The notes under the pieces: model-generated
Databases searched by the model: none
Told to the model about the DNA's origin: nothing
The model's input: the letters and a program-made list of their open reading frames with translations, nothing else
Shown here: positions 1-10,544 of the stretch, in pieces
Numbering within the stretch: the stretch's first letter is position 1
How the letters are laid out: the number at the start of each line of letters is the position of its first letter
Source of the DNA: Podarcis erhardii
Lineage: Eukaryota
Reading direction: 5' to 3' (one strand)
Assembly: GCA_964252035.1 (NCBI GenBank)
Contig: OZ176210.1
Length of the DNA stretch: 64,000 nucleotides
Made by a program: the position numbers and the translations under genes

Positions 1-943
1 ATGAGGTTATGGAACTCCCTTTCCCAACAAAGCTCATCTTACACTTTTTCTCTCTACTAACCTTTTGGGTTTATTTCAGAGGGCCTTTGGGATCAAGCAG
101 GAGATATTTTTTTCTTCTGATGATTGGTTGTGGTGGGTTTGGGGTTTGTTTTTGTGTGTGGTTTTTTGCTGGTTGTTTCATGAGAGTTTATGGGTTTCGA
201 GCTATGTCATAAGCTGCTTTTAGGGGCATACCTAAAAAATGGAGCAAAGTATTGGTAATTAGTTAGTTATTAGGAATTTGGTATGCAATGAGGTTCATGG
301 CTGCTATTGTTTCATTAATCCCCATTTTTAGAGTAGCTGAAAGTAAGGAATTTCTAAGTTGCCTTCATTCTCTGTGGAAGTCATTGTGCACAACAGTAGA
401 TCCACTACAGTATGTGATGGAAAAATTCACCTCCTGGATCCATTGTCAGCAAAGGTTATGTGTGTTTTGTTCTGGAAATAAATTAATCCCTTTGGGCAAA
501 AGACCATGATTTATTTTACCTCCACTTATATCTGCATGTCAGGTTGAGGTAAAGCACTGAATTATGAAGAAGAGATGTTTCTAAATAACGGTCCATTCTA
601 GTTCTCTTCTGGATTTAGGGGTTCTGGTCTATTGTGTCCTGGACACTGAACAAGGCCAATATACTTCCTTTTTGTCATTCTGTCTTTCTAGAAATTGTAA
701 AGATAACTGGTGGGGTTCCGGTCTGACCTCTCCAAAATAATGGCTCTTATTTTGAAAATCTGTGGAGATTTTATAAAATTGAAAGTATTACTACATGTAC
801 ATCCAGGTTGGTGTACATACATCTATGACATATTAACCAACAACAAAAAGCCCTTTTGTTTTGCCTTAATGGTTGGTTTGGAATAATTGCTAATTGCACA
901 ATTAAACTGATATGGTCAGGAGAAAACATTATCTGTTTTGAAG

Positions 944-945
<2 letters not shown>

Positions 946-975
<30 letters not shown>

Positions 976-980
976 TGTAT
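946..980. repeat. (ATGT)n microsatellite
   Basis: Uninterrupted ATGT run. Confidence 0.95.
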
Positions 981-1009
981 TACACTATCCTTGTAGCAGA
1001 TGTCTAAAA

Positions 1010-1145
1010 CAGTGTTTCCCAACCTGATGTCTCCAGCTGTTTTCAGACTACAGTTCCCATCATTCCTGACTACTGGTCTTGCTAGCTAGGGATGATGGGA
1101 GTTGTAGTCCAAAAACAGCTGGAGACCCAAGGTTGGGAAACACTG
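1010..1145. mobile_element. 136-bp palindromic hAT-type MITE
   Basis: TIR CAGTGTTTCCCAACCT / AGGTTGGGAAACACTG. Perfect 8-bp TSD GTCTAAAA (1002-1009, 1146-1153). The whole element folds back. Confidence 0.9.
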
Positions 1146-2042
1146 GTCTAAAACCCATTAGGGCTCCGGCTGAAACTGACCAGATATATTAAGTTTACTG
1201 ATATCATCCTTTCTTTTACTGCATGTAAAAAGAGAAGAATCATGTCAGTGACCAACCTCCTACTCAGTTTCGTATTAGTCAACTACAAACTTCCTGCAGT
1301 CTTAAACAAATCGCTCTCAGCCACATGCAAAGGGGTTGGTAGTTAGCCAATCTGAGGAAGGCTGACAGAATGCAATAGGAGAAATCTGTCCAGCCCTAAT
1401 CAATGTTTGCTTTCTTTGAAGGATAGCCTTTCTCCACTTTTGTTTTAATCAGACTGGATGCACTCTTCAATAGCTTTACCATGTTTCCTCATTCTTTATG
1501 CCCATCTTGCTGTCTGTTCAACGGAGATTTGTACCCAATTTACATAAATTCACATTTTGAACGATTTCTCAGAAATGTGAAATCTTCCATTTTTAAACCT
1601 AGAACAAATTCATTCCACATTTTGCATCGTTTATTTATTTAAAATATTTATATTCTGTCTTTGGGGCCTAAAGGGCAGCTAACAAGCCCAACGTTGAAGA
1701 CAATACATTTTGATATCACGAATAACGTTATCATTAGCAGGCCTGTAGACTTTCGGAGTTATACATGTCCATTAATCTGAGTCAAACTACTCTTGAGTAT
1801 CAGTGCTAGGATTGTTCTGCCCTTTCTCTCATTCACACAGATGCACTATATGCTTAGTTATTTCCAACTAGTTGTCAGGGAGCATTGGAACCCACATACC
1901 AGAAATTTCAGACTTCATTACTGTAGCGTTGCAATATTCTCCATGGTTTTAACCAAGGTTAGCTTTTTTAAACAACACCCATAGTTTTACTCACTGTCTG
2001 GAGTGAGCCAGAAGCCAAGAACTGAAAGTCCAATCATTCTGA

Positions 2043-2536
2043 TCATAGAATCACAGAGTTGGAAGGGACCAATGCAAAAATATGCAAAAATATGCAGCTG
2101 CCCCATATAGGGAGCAAACCTGCAGCCTTGTCATTATCAGCTGCACTCCCACATGTCAGGAGTGCGTGCAGGAGCCAGGCCCTGTGACTGGTAGGGCCTT
2201 GCAGGACTGGGGCCTTCCTGAGTTTGGCCTGGAAGGACAAGGCACGGCCGCACAGGTGAGGCTTGACAGAAGACTCGTAGCACCTGGTGGCAAGGGCCAG
2301 GAGGGGTATTTAAGACCAGCATTTCTCTCTGGCTCTTTGCCACAGCAACACACTACCCACCTAGCTGTGCTTCGGCTTCCTGGCACCTGGTTTCCTGATT
2401 TGTGGACTCTTGGCTTCCTGACCCCTGGGCTGCTGATTCCTGCTTCCCAACCTCTATCCCAGTCCTGACGTACCAAGCCAGGACTCCGACTGCCTGTAAC
2501 CCGGATTGTGACACCAAGCAACTGAGCTTTCCAGGC
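2043..2536 (-). mobile_element. Decayed tRNA-derived SINE with CR1-type tail, split by a solo LTR
   Basis: CR1-like tail ATCATAGAATCACAGAGTTGGAAGGGACC at the left. SINE-like sequence resumes (CAACTGAGCT) right after the LTR at 2514. Confidence 0.5.
2154..2513 (+). mobile_element. Solo LTR (Gypsy-like), 360 bp
   Basis: TGTCAGG...TGTGACA termini and TATA-like TATTTAA at 2307-2313. No internal coding sequence. TSD imperfect (CCACA/CCAAG). Confidence 0.65.
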
Positions 2537-3679
2537 TCAGGACAGAAGAAAAATCCAAGAACTGAATGGAAGGGCTGTCAGGATCATACCAGAAGCAGGA
2601 CTGGAAAACAAGCCAGGAGTCAGGACTAAAGAGCAGTCACAGCAGTCACACAAAAGCAAGACCAGATACCAAGTAAAAAATCAGGAGCAAAGATGACTGG
2701 AAATACAGAGGCCCATGAGCACTCAGGTAGATGTTGGCCAAGCAATGAAGCGGATGCTGCTAGGACTTTGCACCGTTTCAGCCACATCCCACAAAACCAC
2801 TGTGAACATCATTCCTCATTTCCCCCATGAACCACCAGGTTGAGCAGAGATGCCAAAGTAATTGGACTTAAACAGGATCAACCGGCTACTGTGGTTGGCT
2901 TAAGTAAATGCCATACATGTAGCATGCCAAATACACCAGTCCTGGCAAGTTCGCTAGGAATATTTTTGGCATTTCAGCCCCCTTTGATTCATCCAGGCTA
3001 TTTCCTGGCACTAATGGTTGGTTATCCGGGAGCCAGACTTTGGGGTTTGTGGGTTTTTTGTGTGTGTGATCTTTTAAAAACATATATTATAGACAGCATG
3101 TGCCAGTCTTGTGACCTAGGAGTGGTTAATGTCAGGTAAGGAAATTAATCCGAAAAGCATAGTGCCTTAGGAGATATTTTCAGAGCTTTATATTCCAACT
3201 ACTATTTAGAAAGCAAGGCATCTTTTGGATCAGCCTCTCTTACCACAGACATGGTGTGCCTAGTCCTTTTTCACTAAATCATCATTATTGTATAATGTTA
3301 CAAAATAAACAGATTCTGGAAATCATTGAAAATGTTACCTAAACTGATGCTCAGAGTCAGATGCAGACTGAAGGCCACACACTAGGCCCTCAGCCAAGCA
3401 GATACAGAGTCAATTAAGGGACATTATCAAAAACAAGCTGACTAGCAGTTACCACATATAGCATGCCTGAAGTTTTCAGAAAATATATATGTTCAACTAA
3501 ACTTTGGCATTAGCACTAAGGTTGAGAATTACTGTCACACTCTCCCTCCCTCCCTCCCTCCCCCCCCCTCTCTCTCACACGCACACACACCACAGTCTAT
3601 GCTGCCTTGGGAAATTTTTACCATGATTTCAGAGAATAGTGATCAAACCAAAACATCAATAGTGTTGCTTTATCTTGCC

Positions 3680-4533
3680 CATAGAGGCAAGTGGCGTGGG
3701 GCGCCAGGGCACCAAGTTATAGAGGGCACCAAGTTCTGGAGGGAAGACGCAGAGGCTGGGCACGGCGCCTCCCGGCATCATAGAATCATAGAATCATAGA
3801 GTTGGAAGAGACCACAAGGGCCATTGAGTCCAACCCCCTGCCAAGCAGGAAACACCATCAGAGCACTCCTGACATATGGTTGTCAAGCCTCTGCTTAAAG
3901 ACCTCCAAAGAAGGAGACTCCACCACACTCCTTGGCAGCAAATTCCACTGTCGAACAGTTCTTACTGTCAGGAAGTTCTTCCTAATGTTTAGGTGGAATC
4001 TTCTTTCTTGTAGTTTGGAACCATTGCTCCGTGTCCGCTTCTCTGGAGCAGCAGAAAACAACCTTTCTCCCTCCTCTATGTGACATCCTTTTATATATTT
4101 GAACATGGCTATCATATCACCCCTTAACTTCCTCTTCTCCAGGCTAAACATGCCCAGCTCCCTTAGCCGTTCCTCATAAGGCATCGTTTCCAGGCCTTTG
4201 ACCATTTTGGTTGCCCTCCTCTGGACACGTTCCAGTTTGTCAGTGTCCTTCTTGAACTGTGGTGCCCAGAACTGGACACAGTACTCCAGGTGAGGTCTGA
4301 CCAGAGCAGAATACAGAATACAGCCGCCCTCGCCCACCTCGCTGAAGCAGCGCTGCGCTCGGAGCCTCCGCCTCTTCCCCACTGTAGGAGCTGCCCTCCA
4401 GCCCCTGCCCGCCTCCTCCAGCCCCCAAAGCTGCCGGCAGTGCTGTAAAAAGGTTGGCAACTCTGGGAAACAGGGAGGGGGGTGCCGGAGGGATCTTTGC
4501 ACCATGACGCCAGATATACTTAAGACGGCCCTG
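3680..4533. mobile_element. GC/CpG-rich non-autonomous DNA-transposon-like host element interrupted by CR1
   Basis: GC-rich segments flank the CR1 on both sides, and the right end ...AAGACGGCCCTG resembles MITE termini. No TSD confirmed. Confidence 0.35.
3777..4316 (-). mobile_element. CR1 LINE, 5'-truncated 3' end (ORF2 C-terminus, 3' UTR, (ATTCTATG)n tail)
   Basis: Translation [19 protein letters not shown]...[13 protein letters not shown] is a CR1 ORF2 C-terminus. Octamer tail repeats are present. Confidence 0.97.
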
Positions 4534-4923
4534 CCATCAAGTCACCTTTACTGATGTGAGGACGATTTTAAAAGCTGTAAAGCAGCATTCTCTGATGGGC
4601 TGGTCATCAGAATGCAAGATCAAGCCAATCTAATCCAGCATAATGTTCTCACAGTCCAAACTATGGGAAACCTGCAAGCAAGACCTGAATGCAATAGCAT
4701 GCTGCCTCCAGCAGTGGAAGGTCCAGTATGAATTCTTTTTGAAGGAATTCTTTTTCAACCTATGGCTGCAGTGGAGTGCACTCTTAGCTTTCGGTTCTTG
4801 CTTTGCAGCCCTGGTTTGAATACAAACCCCAACTGCGAAGGACAATTCTTCCCTTGCAGTAATAGCCTGAACTGCAAAGGAATAATCTGCAAAGAAATAA
4901 TTATTTGGAGAAGAAGGCAATGC

Positions 4924-5746
4924 TCTGCCTCCACACTTGGAAGCAATAATGCCTCTGAATAAAAGGTAAAAAAAAAAAAAAGTAAAGGTAAAGGACCCCT
5001 GGACGGTTAAGTCCAGTCGATGTTGCGCTCATCTCGCTTTCAGGCCGAGGGAGCCGGCGTTTGTCCACTGACACTTCACAGCTAAGATTCACCTTCTGTT
5101 GTGTTGGCAGGGTGGTCCCTCCCCCTACCTGGCCAATCTCCTGGAAACACCTCCCCAGGCGGGATTGGGCAACTGGCAGAGGTAGGCAGAGACCTCCAGG
5201 TATCCAGCCTGGGGAGGGCGAAGCCAGCCCGTACTACCAGGAGCCACACTGGAATCTGGGGGGCTGTGCGCGACCACGCAAAAGGCACCCTCCATTTGAT
5301 GTGGGGAGCGGTCATTCCGGGGCAAGTAGCCAGCATGACTAAGCAGCTTCTGGCGCAATGGAACACCATGACAGAAACCAGAGCGCACGGAAATGCTGTT
5401 TACCTTCCCGCCACAGTGGTACCTATTTATCTACTTGCACTGGTGTGCTTTCGAACTGCTAAGTTGGCAGGAGATGGGACAGAACAACAGGAGCTCACCC
5501 CATCATGGGGATTTGAACTGCTGACCTTCCAATCAGCATGCCCAAGAGGCTCAGTGGTTTAGACCACAGCGCCACCCACGTTCTGCTTCTGAATATCAGT
5601 TGCTGGAAAGCACAGGAGAGGAGAGTGCTTTTATGCTCGTGGTCCTTCTTGCACCTTTCCCACAGGCAACTGGTCGACTGCTCTCAGAACACGATGCTGG
5701 ACTCAACATGACCTTGGTCTGATCCAGCAGGCTATTCTTATCTCTC
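4924..5746 (+). mobile_element. Older CR1-family 3' UTR (4924-4961 and 5584-5746) split by a Sauria SINE
   Basis: GCTCTGCCTCC...CTGAATA|CAGTTGCTGGAAAG...GATGCTGGAC...CTGATCCAGCAGGCT. Same family as 36782-37030. Confidence 0.7.
4962..5583 (-). mobile_element. Sauria SINE carrying a ~237-nt internal insertion
   Basis: AAAGGT tail repeats and tRNA-like head at 5583. Body matches the other four copies in the window. 12-bp TSD TGC(C/T)TCTGAATA (4950-4961, 5584-5595). Confidence 0.9.
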
Positions 5747-5848
5747 TTACAGATAGGTAGCCGTGTTGGTCTGCCATGGTCAAAACAAAATAAAAAAATT
5801 CCTTCCAGTAGCACCTTAAAGACCAACTGAGTTAGTTCTAGGTATGAG

Positions 5849-5883
5849 CTGAAGAAGTGTGCATGCACACGAAAGCTCATACC
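5849..5883 (+). ncRNA. Minimal type I hammerhead ribozyme core, copy 1 (5' strand of stem I displaced by the inversion)
   Basis: CTGAAGA-A-GTGTGCATGCACAC-GAAA-GCTC-ATACC. Predicted cleavage after C5878. Confidence 0.7.
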
Positions 5884-6045
5884 TAGAACTAACTCAGTTG
5901 GTCTTTAAGGTGCTACTGGAAGGAATTTTTTTATTTTGTTTTGACCATGGCAGACCGACACGGCTACCTATCTGTAACTGGAACTATGGAAGGCACCACA
6001 TTGAGCCGCATGAAATGGAAGTCCATCAACCTCACCAAGAAACTT

Positions 6046-6085
6046 GGTATCTGAAGAAGTGTGCATGCACACGAAAGCTCATACC
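6046..6085 (+). ncRNA. Minimal type I hammerhead ribozyme, copy 2 (complete)
   Basis: Stem I GGTAT(6046-50)/ATACC(6081-85), CTGAAGA 6051-57, one extra A, palindromic stem II 6059-72, GAAA 6073-76, palindromic AGCT stem III. CUC cleavage triplet with the cut after C6080. Confidence 0.8.
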
Positions 6086-6321
6086 TAGAACTAACTCAGT
6101 TGGTCTTTAAGGTGCTACTGGAAGGAATTTTTTAGCTTATCTCTCTTTTTTGTCTTCCTCTGTAGACTTTGGCACTTTTTGAATTTGGAACCTTTTCCAG
6201 CTGCCAGGAACCAAATTTTGAGTACAAAGGAAGAATCAGGAGTGCACTTAGAGTACTTCCTTTTCATCTGTCACAATCTGAACTTTCCCGCACCATGCCT
6301 CATTTCATATATGTCATAAGG

Positions 6322-6457
6322 CAGGCATAGGCAAACTTGGTCCTCCAGATGTTTTGGGACTACAACTCCCATCATCCCTAGCTAACAGGACCAGTGGTCC
6401 AGGATGGTGGGAATTGTAGTTCCAAAACATCTGGAGGGCTGCGTTTGTCTATGCCTG
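6322..6457. mobile_element. 136-bp palindromic hAT-type MITE
   Basis: TIR CAGGCATAGGCAAAC / GTTTGTCTATGCCTG. Perfect 8-bp TSD TCATAAGG. Confidence 0.9.
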
Positions 6458-6733
6458 TCATAAGGCATAGGAAAGGTGAGTATGGATTGTCCAAAATAGC
6501 TTGGTTGGCACTCTCCAAAGCCTAGTGTGCCTACTTAGGTCTGTAGGCCAGAGATCTCCCATCACTGCAATAAGATTAACCCAGGTCTTCTTTTCATTTA
6601 CTTAGTAAACATACATATGCATACATTACTAAACTGCAGGATTGTGTGCATCTTAATCTCAGGGACAAAGGTTCGAGCTCCACATTGGACAAAAAGATTC
6701 CTACATTACAGAGCATTGGACTAGTTGATCTCA

Positions 6734-6891
6734 CATATCCCCGAACATTTATCCAATGGAAATAGGGACATCCTAAGGAAAAGCAGGACATGCCAGAATC
6801 AAATCAGAAACCGGGATGGCTTCTGTATATCCAGGAATGGATATCACGTATATCAAGTGTCCCTGGAAAATAGGGACACTTGGAGGGTCTG
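6734..6891 (-). mobile_element. Decayed hAT-type MITE (family of 15810-16151)
   Basis: Ends ...GGAAAATAGGGACACTTGGAGGGTCTG, the reverse complement of the 15810 terminus. No TSD. Confidence 0.6.
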
Positions 6892-7167
6892 CCTTTGTGT
6901 TCCCTTCCAACTCCACAATTCTGTTATTCTACTTACAAAATATACATGACATTAAATACACCTTTCCTTTTAAATGATTGGGGGGGGGGTTTCTTCTTCA
7001 AAAAATCATCATTTAGGGAGGGAGGCAGATAATTAAATAGAGCAGAATAGGCATAGAGGGAGAACTTAACTCTTTCCTCCACTAAAGCCCCTCCTCCAAA
7101 ACAAGTATTTTCATCGGGGGGGGGGGGGATCCAAAATGCTCACAGTGTGGAACATTCCATCCAAAGC

Positions 7168-7170
<3 letters not shown>

Positions 7171-7209
<39 letters not shown>
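7171..7209. repeat. (AC)n microsatellite
   Basis: Direct reading. Confidence 0.95.
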
Positions 7210-7211
<2 letters not shown>

Positions 7212-7688
7212 TATATATATTCCTTAGAATATCCTCAGCAGGTGAGAACTGAGTTAAGTGCCCCCCCATGCCTGCACTAATTGTGATAATTATTGCACAT
7301 GCCCAAGCTGATGCAATTTGCATTTCTAAAAAAAACAACAACTGCAAGTTAGAGAGGCATTTAACATCACATTCATCCTTCAGACAAAGTAATCCATATG
7401 CAGAAAATCAGTGCATTTACAAAAAGAGTGTATGCCTAATTCTCAGAAAAGTGAGGATTTCCCCCCTCTATTGACTTTAGTTATACAAATAAAAGCGACT
7501 TAAATAAGATCAGCTCCTGGAAGCCATTGGGGCTGTGTGTTGCAGGAGTTTTGGGGAAACTATTGTTATATCATCCTTTTTACAAAATGGATACATTCCA
7601 CAAACAAGTTTGGATGAACTGTGTAACATTTTCTTGGCTGTCCAATCCACTGCAGAACCATAGACCAAATGTTTCAGCCTGTCATGTA

Positions 7689-7910
7689 CAGTTGTACCTT
7701 GGATCTCAAACGCCTTGGCTCCCAGTCGTACCTTGGCTCCCAAACAATCGAACCCCGGAAGTGAGTGTTCCGTTTTTTGGATGATTTTCGGAAGCCGGAT
7801 GTCCGATTGGCTCCTGTAGCCAATCGGAAGCCGCGCCTTAGTTTTCGAACGGTTCCGGGAGTCGAACAGACCCCCAGAACGCATTCTGTTCGAGAACCAA
7901 GGTACGACTG
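7689..7910. mobile_element. Tc1/mariner (Tigger-like) MITE
   Basis: TIR CAGTTGTACCTTGG / CCAAGGTACGACTG with TA TSD at 7687-88 and 7911-12. Confidence 0.85.
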
Positions 7911-9803
7911 TATTGGCAAAAATATTGTCCACACGCACAGTGATTCCAGGAGTACAGACACCTCTCTGTATTCTGGCATACCATAGTAAGCACTTGAAGG
8001 CAAGTGTGGATCACATACTGTAAGAACAACAACATAAGTCCGCTGAAAGTAGCCTCTGCGCAGATGTCTCAATCCTGGAGAACTCCATTTTCATATACTG
8101 TGATGTTAGCCTCTTATTTCAAATAACATTTCCATGTGATTCATGCAGTCCTGATACATTGTCAAACAGAGGGACAAGTGTTTTCAATTGCCACAGAGAA
8201 AGGCAGGAAAACCTTTAACATCCTCAAGCTATTTCTAAAGGCAGCACTTGCTGACACAAGGCACAGTTTAGAAACAGACAGGCATACACTCCACAAGCCC
8301 TAGAGACGATTGACCTTCATCAGGCTTTTTCTTCTTCATTCAACCAAGCTTCCTGAGAGGAAGAGGAAAAAAATCAGGTTCTCTTCAGAGAAAGCAAATA
8401 TATACTGTATAATGCTCAGTGTCACAGTAAAGGCCTAGTGATGGTGCTTAAAGCTGTTTTGGAACATCCTCACACCCAAGAAAGTTATCAGGCTTGCAGT
8501 GTCTTTGTAAAGCTTAGCTGTCATTTCATTCAAAAGCAGGCCTATGGGTAATCATTTAATCAAAACCACGGCTGTGATTGCTACTTGTGATGAAAATTAC
8601 AAAGCTGAGGCAGCTTCCAAACCAGGATTACAAATGGGCCTTGCTTTTTTTTTAATCCCCTCCTTTTTCCCTTTTGCAATTGAGTAAAAACAAACTATAG
8701 TACACTTAAATGTAGCAGGAGATTAAATGTAGGGGAGATTCATCTGGACAAAAGCAGTATTCCCTCCATTTTCTTCCCCAGCACTTAAGAGAAAATGGCA
8801 TAATTGAGAATCCGTGGAAAGCATACCCAACGGCACATCACACAAATTAAGACTCTCTTGTATTAGAAGACTCTTCCAAGTGTTTTGCTGCTTTCAGTTG
8901 TATCAGAACATGGCAAAAGGGTATGTAGCATTTAAAATTACAAACACACACACATACACACAAAGAGAGAGAGAGAGAGAGCTCCTCCCCTTGAAAAAAA
9001 ATAGAAGAAAAATGAAACTTTTAAAGCATTTAAATCAAGTGACTCAGAAGCAATAATGGACAGAACCAATACTCAGTCATGGATTCAGACTAATCTAGTA
9101 TCATAACACCTGGAAAAGACACAGTGGATCATTTAGCCCCAACCTATGTAATAAAAAACATAGTGATGCATTTCCAAACTTTCTTGAGCATTTCAAAGAA
9201 AAATAAATATGCACCATCAATTGGCAGCTGTACCTTATTGCAAAATAGTTTTCCTGGTTTAGAAATTTCACCTACTATCTTATCTACGTGAAAGGCTCTA
9301 TTCCGAATGTTAGATCAACTCTAAAGTCCTTTTCATGTGGTCAAAACACTTTTTGTAGGACTCTCCATATGAAATATATAGGGGTAGGGCTTGCCACTCA
9401 AATCTCATTGGCCGCCCATTGTGTGTTCACTAAAGTTGTTTTGACCATATGCTAAACCAATGCTCTGCCCCCACCCTTATTTCCCAATGGGTAGCATGCA
9501 AAATTCTTCTCATTTGCTTTACAGTATCTTCTAGTTCCTGTATCATCCTACACCTCCTCTTTTGGATCTTCTAAAAAAAATGTTACTGCAGTTCCCAGAA
9601 GTGAAAACTGTGCCCCTGATGAGCTCTTTTCAATGTTGAGTCCCATTATGTACTGAGTTTTGGAAGTGACGCTCCAGTTGACGCAACCTAAGATGACCCT
9701 GGCCGATACTGCTACAACAAAAAAACATTCTTTTCTGCTTGTTACCTACTGACACCCTTCAACTGTTCTCTGAAGAGCTTGGAGGTCATTTATTTCTTTA
9801 ACT

Positions 9804-10078
9804 CCAGCGGGTGCAGAATGCTGCAGCAAGGCTCCTCACGGGGTCTCTGCCATGGGAGCATATTCACCCAGTGCTTTTCAAGCCACACTGGCTCCCGGTG
9901 GAGTACAGGGTCAGATTTAAGGTGCTGCTTTTGACCTTTAAAGCGCTTCACGGCCTAGGGCCCTCGTACCTACGGGACTGCCTCTCCTGGTATGCCCCAC
10001 GGAGGACCTTAAGGTCCATAAATAGCAACACCCTAGAGGTCCCAGGCCCTAAGGAAGTTAGATTAGCCTCAACCAGAA
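9804..10078 (+). mobile_element. L2-clade LINE ORF2 C-terminal fragment
   Basis: QNAAARLLTG...HWLPVEYRVRFKVLLLTFKALHGLGPSYL motif. Confidence 0.85.
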
Positions 10079-10182
10079 ATGCCCAGTGATTCCCTTATTT
10101 TATCTCCATTACCACACACAATGCAAGAACAACATAATGTTGATTATTTGTGGCATGCTTAACCTCGGTTAAGCTTAACCTT

Positions 10183-10433
10183 GGAGCCAGTGTGGTGTAA
10201 TGGTTAAGAGCGGTAGTCTCGTAATCTGGGGAACCGGGTTCGCGTCTCCGCTCCTCCACACGCAGCTGCTGGGTGACCTTGGGCCAGTCACACTTCTCTG
10301 AAGTCTCTCAGCCCCACTCACCTCACAGAGTGTTTGTTGTTGGGGAGGAAGGGAAAGGAGAATGTTAGCCGCTTTGAGACTCCTTAAAGGGAGTGAAAGA
10401 CGGGATATCAAATCCAAACTCTTCTTCTTCTTC
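10183..10433 (+). mobile_element. tRNA-derived CORE/MIR-like SINE with L2-type tail
   Basis: A-box TGGTGTAATGG, B-box-like GGGTTCGCG, CORE-like GGGTGACCTTGGGCCAGTCAC, (TTC)n tail. Same family as 13765 and 36134. Confidence 0.85.
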
Positions 10434-10544
10434 GGTGTCAGGTGCTGGGATAACTGCATTTCTCTTCAAAATGTCTCAACTTTCCACTTTTGCTTCCCAT
10501 TCTTGGTCTGCCCATCACCCCATCCTCAAAGAACACACATTTGG

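Larger units (their letters stand above)
5749..6135 (+). mobile_element. Mini Penelope-like element (inverted pLTR fragment plus partial tandem pLTRs)
   Basis: 104-bp inverted arm (5747-5850 vs 5874-5977), direct repeat restarting at 6051, hammerhead cores in both repeats, and TSD CTTATCTCTCTT (5737-5748, 6136-6147). This inverted-plus-tandem layout is characteristic of PLE insertions. Confidence 0.85.

Noticed and set aside
4317-4505. N-terminal extension of the 215-aa minus-strand ORF
   Set aside because: Chance read-through from the GC-rich host element into CR1 ORF2.
5095-5235. HDV-like ribozyme in the SINE insert (TGGGCAAC and GGCGAAGCCAGC motifs)
   Set aside because: P2 can be drawn, but I could not build P1 plus P1.1 in the required order on either strand.
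9616-9640. Additional CTGATGA hammerhead core
   Set aside because: No stem II-GAAA or stem I partner follows. The same applies to other isolated CTGANGA hits.
10183-10260. tRNA genes at SINE heads (also 13765, 21131, 42018)
   Set aside because: A/B boxes run straight into SINE bodies, and there is no complete cloverleaf.
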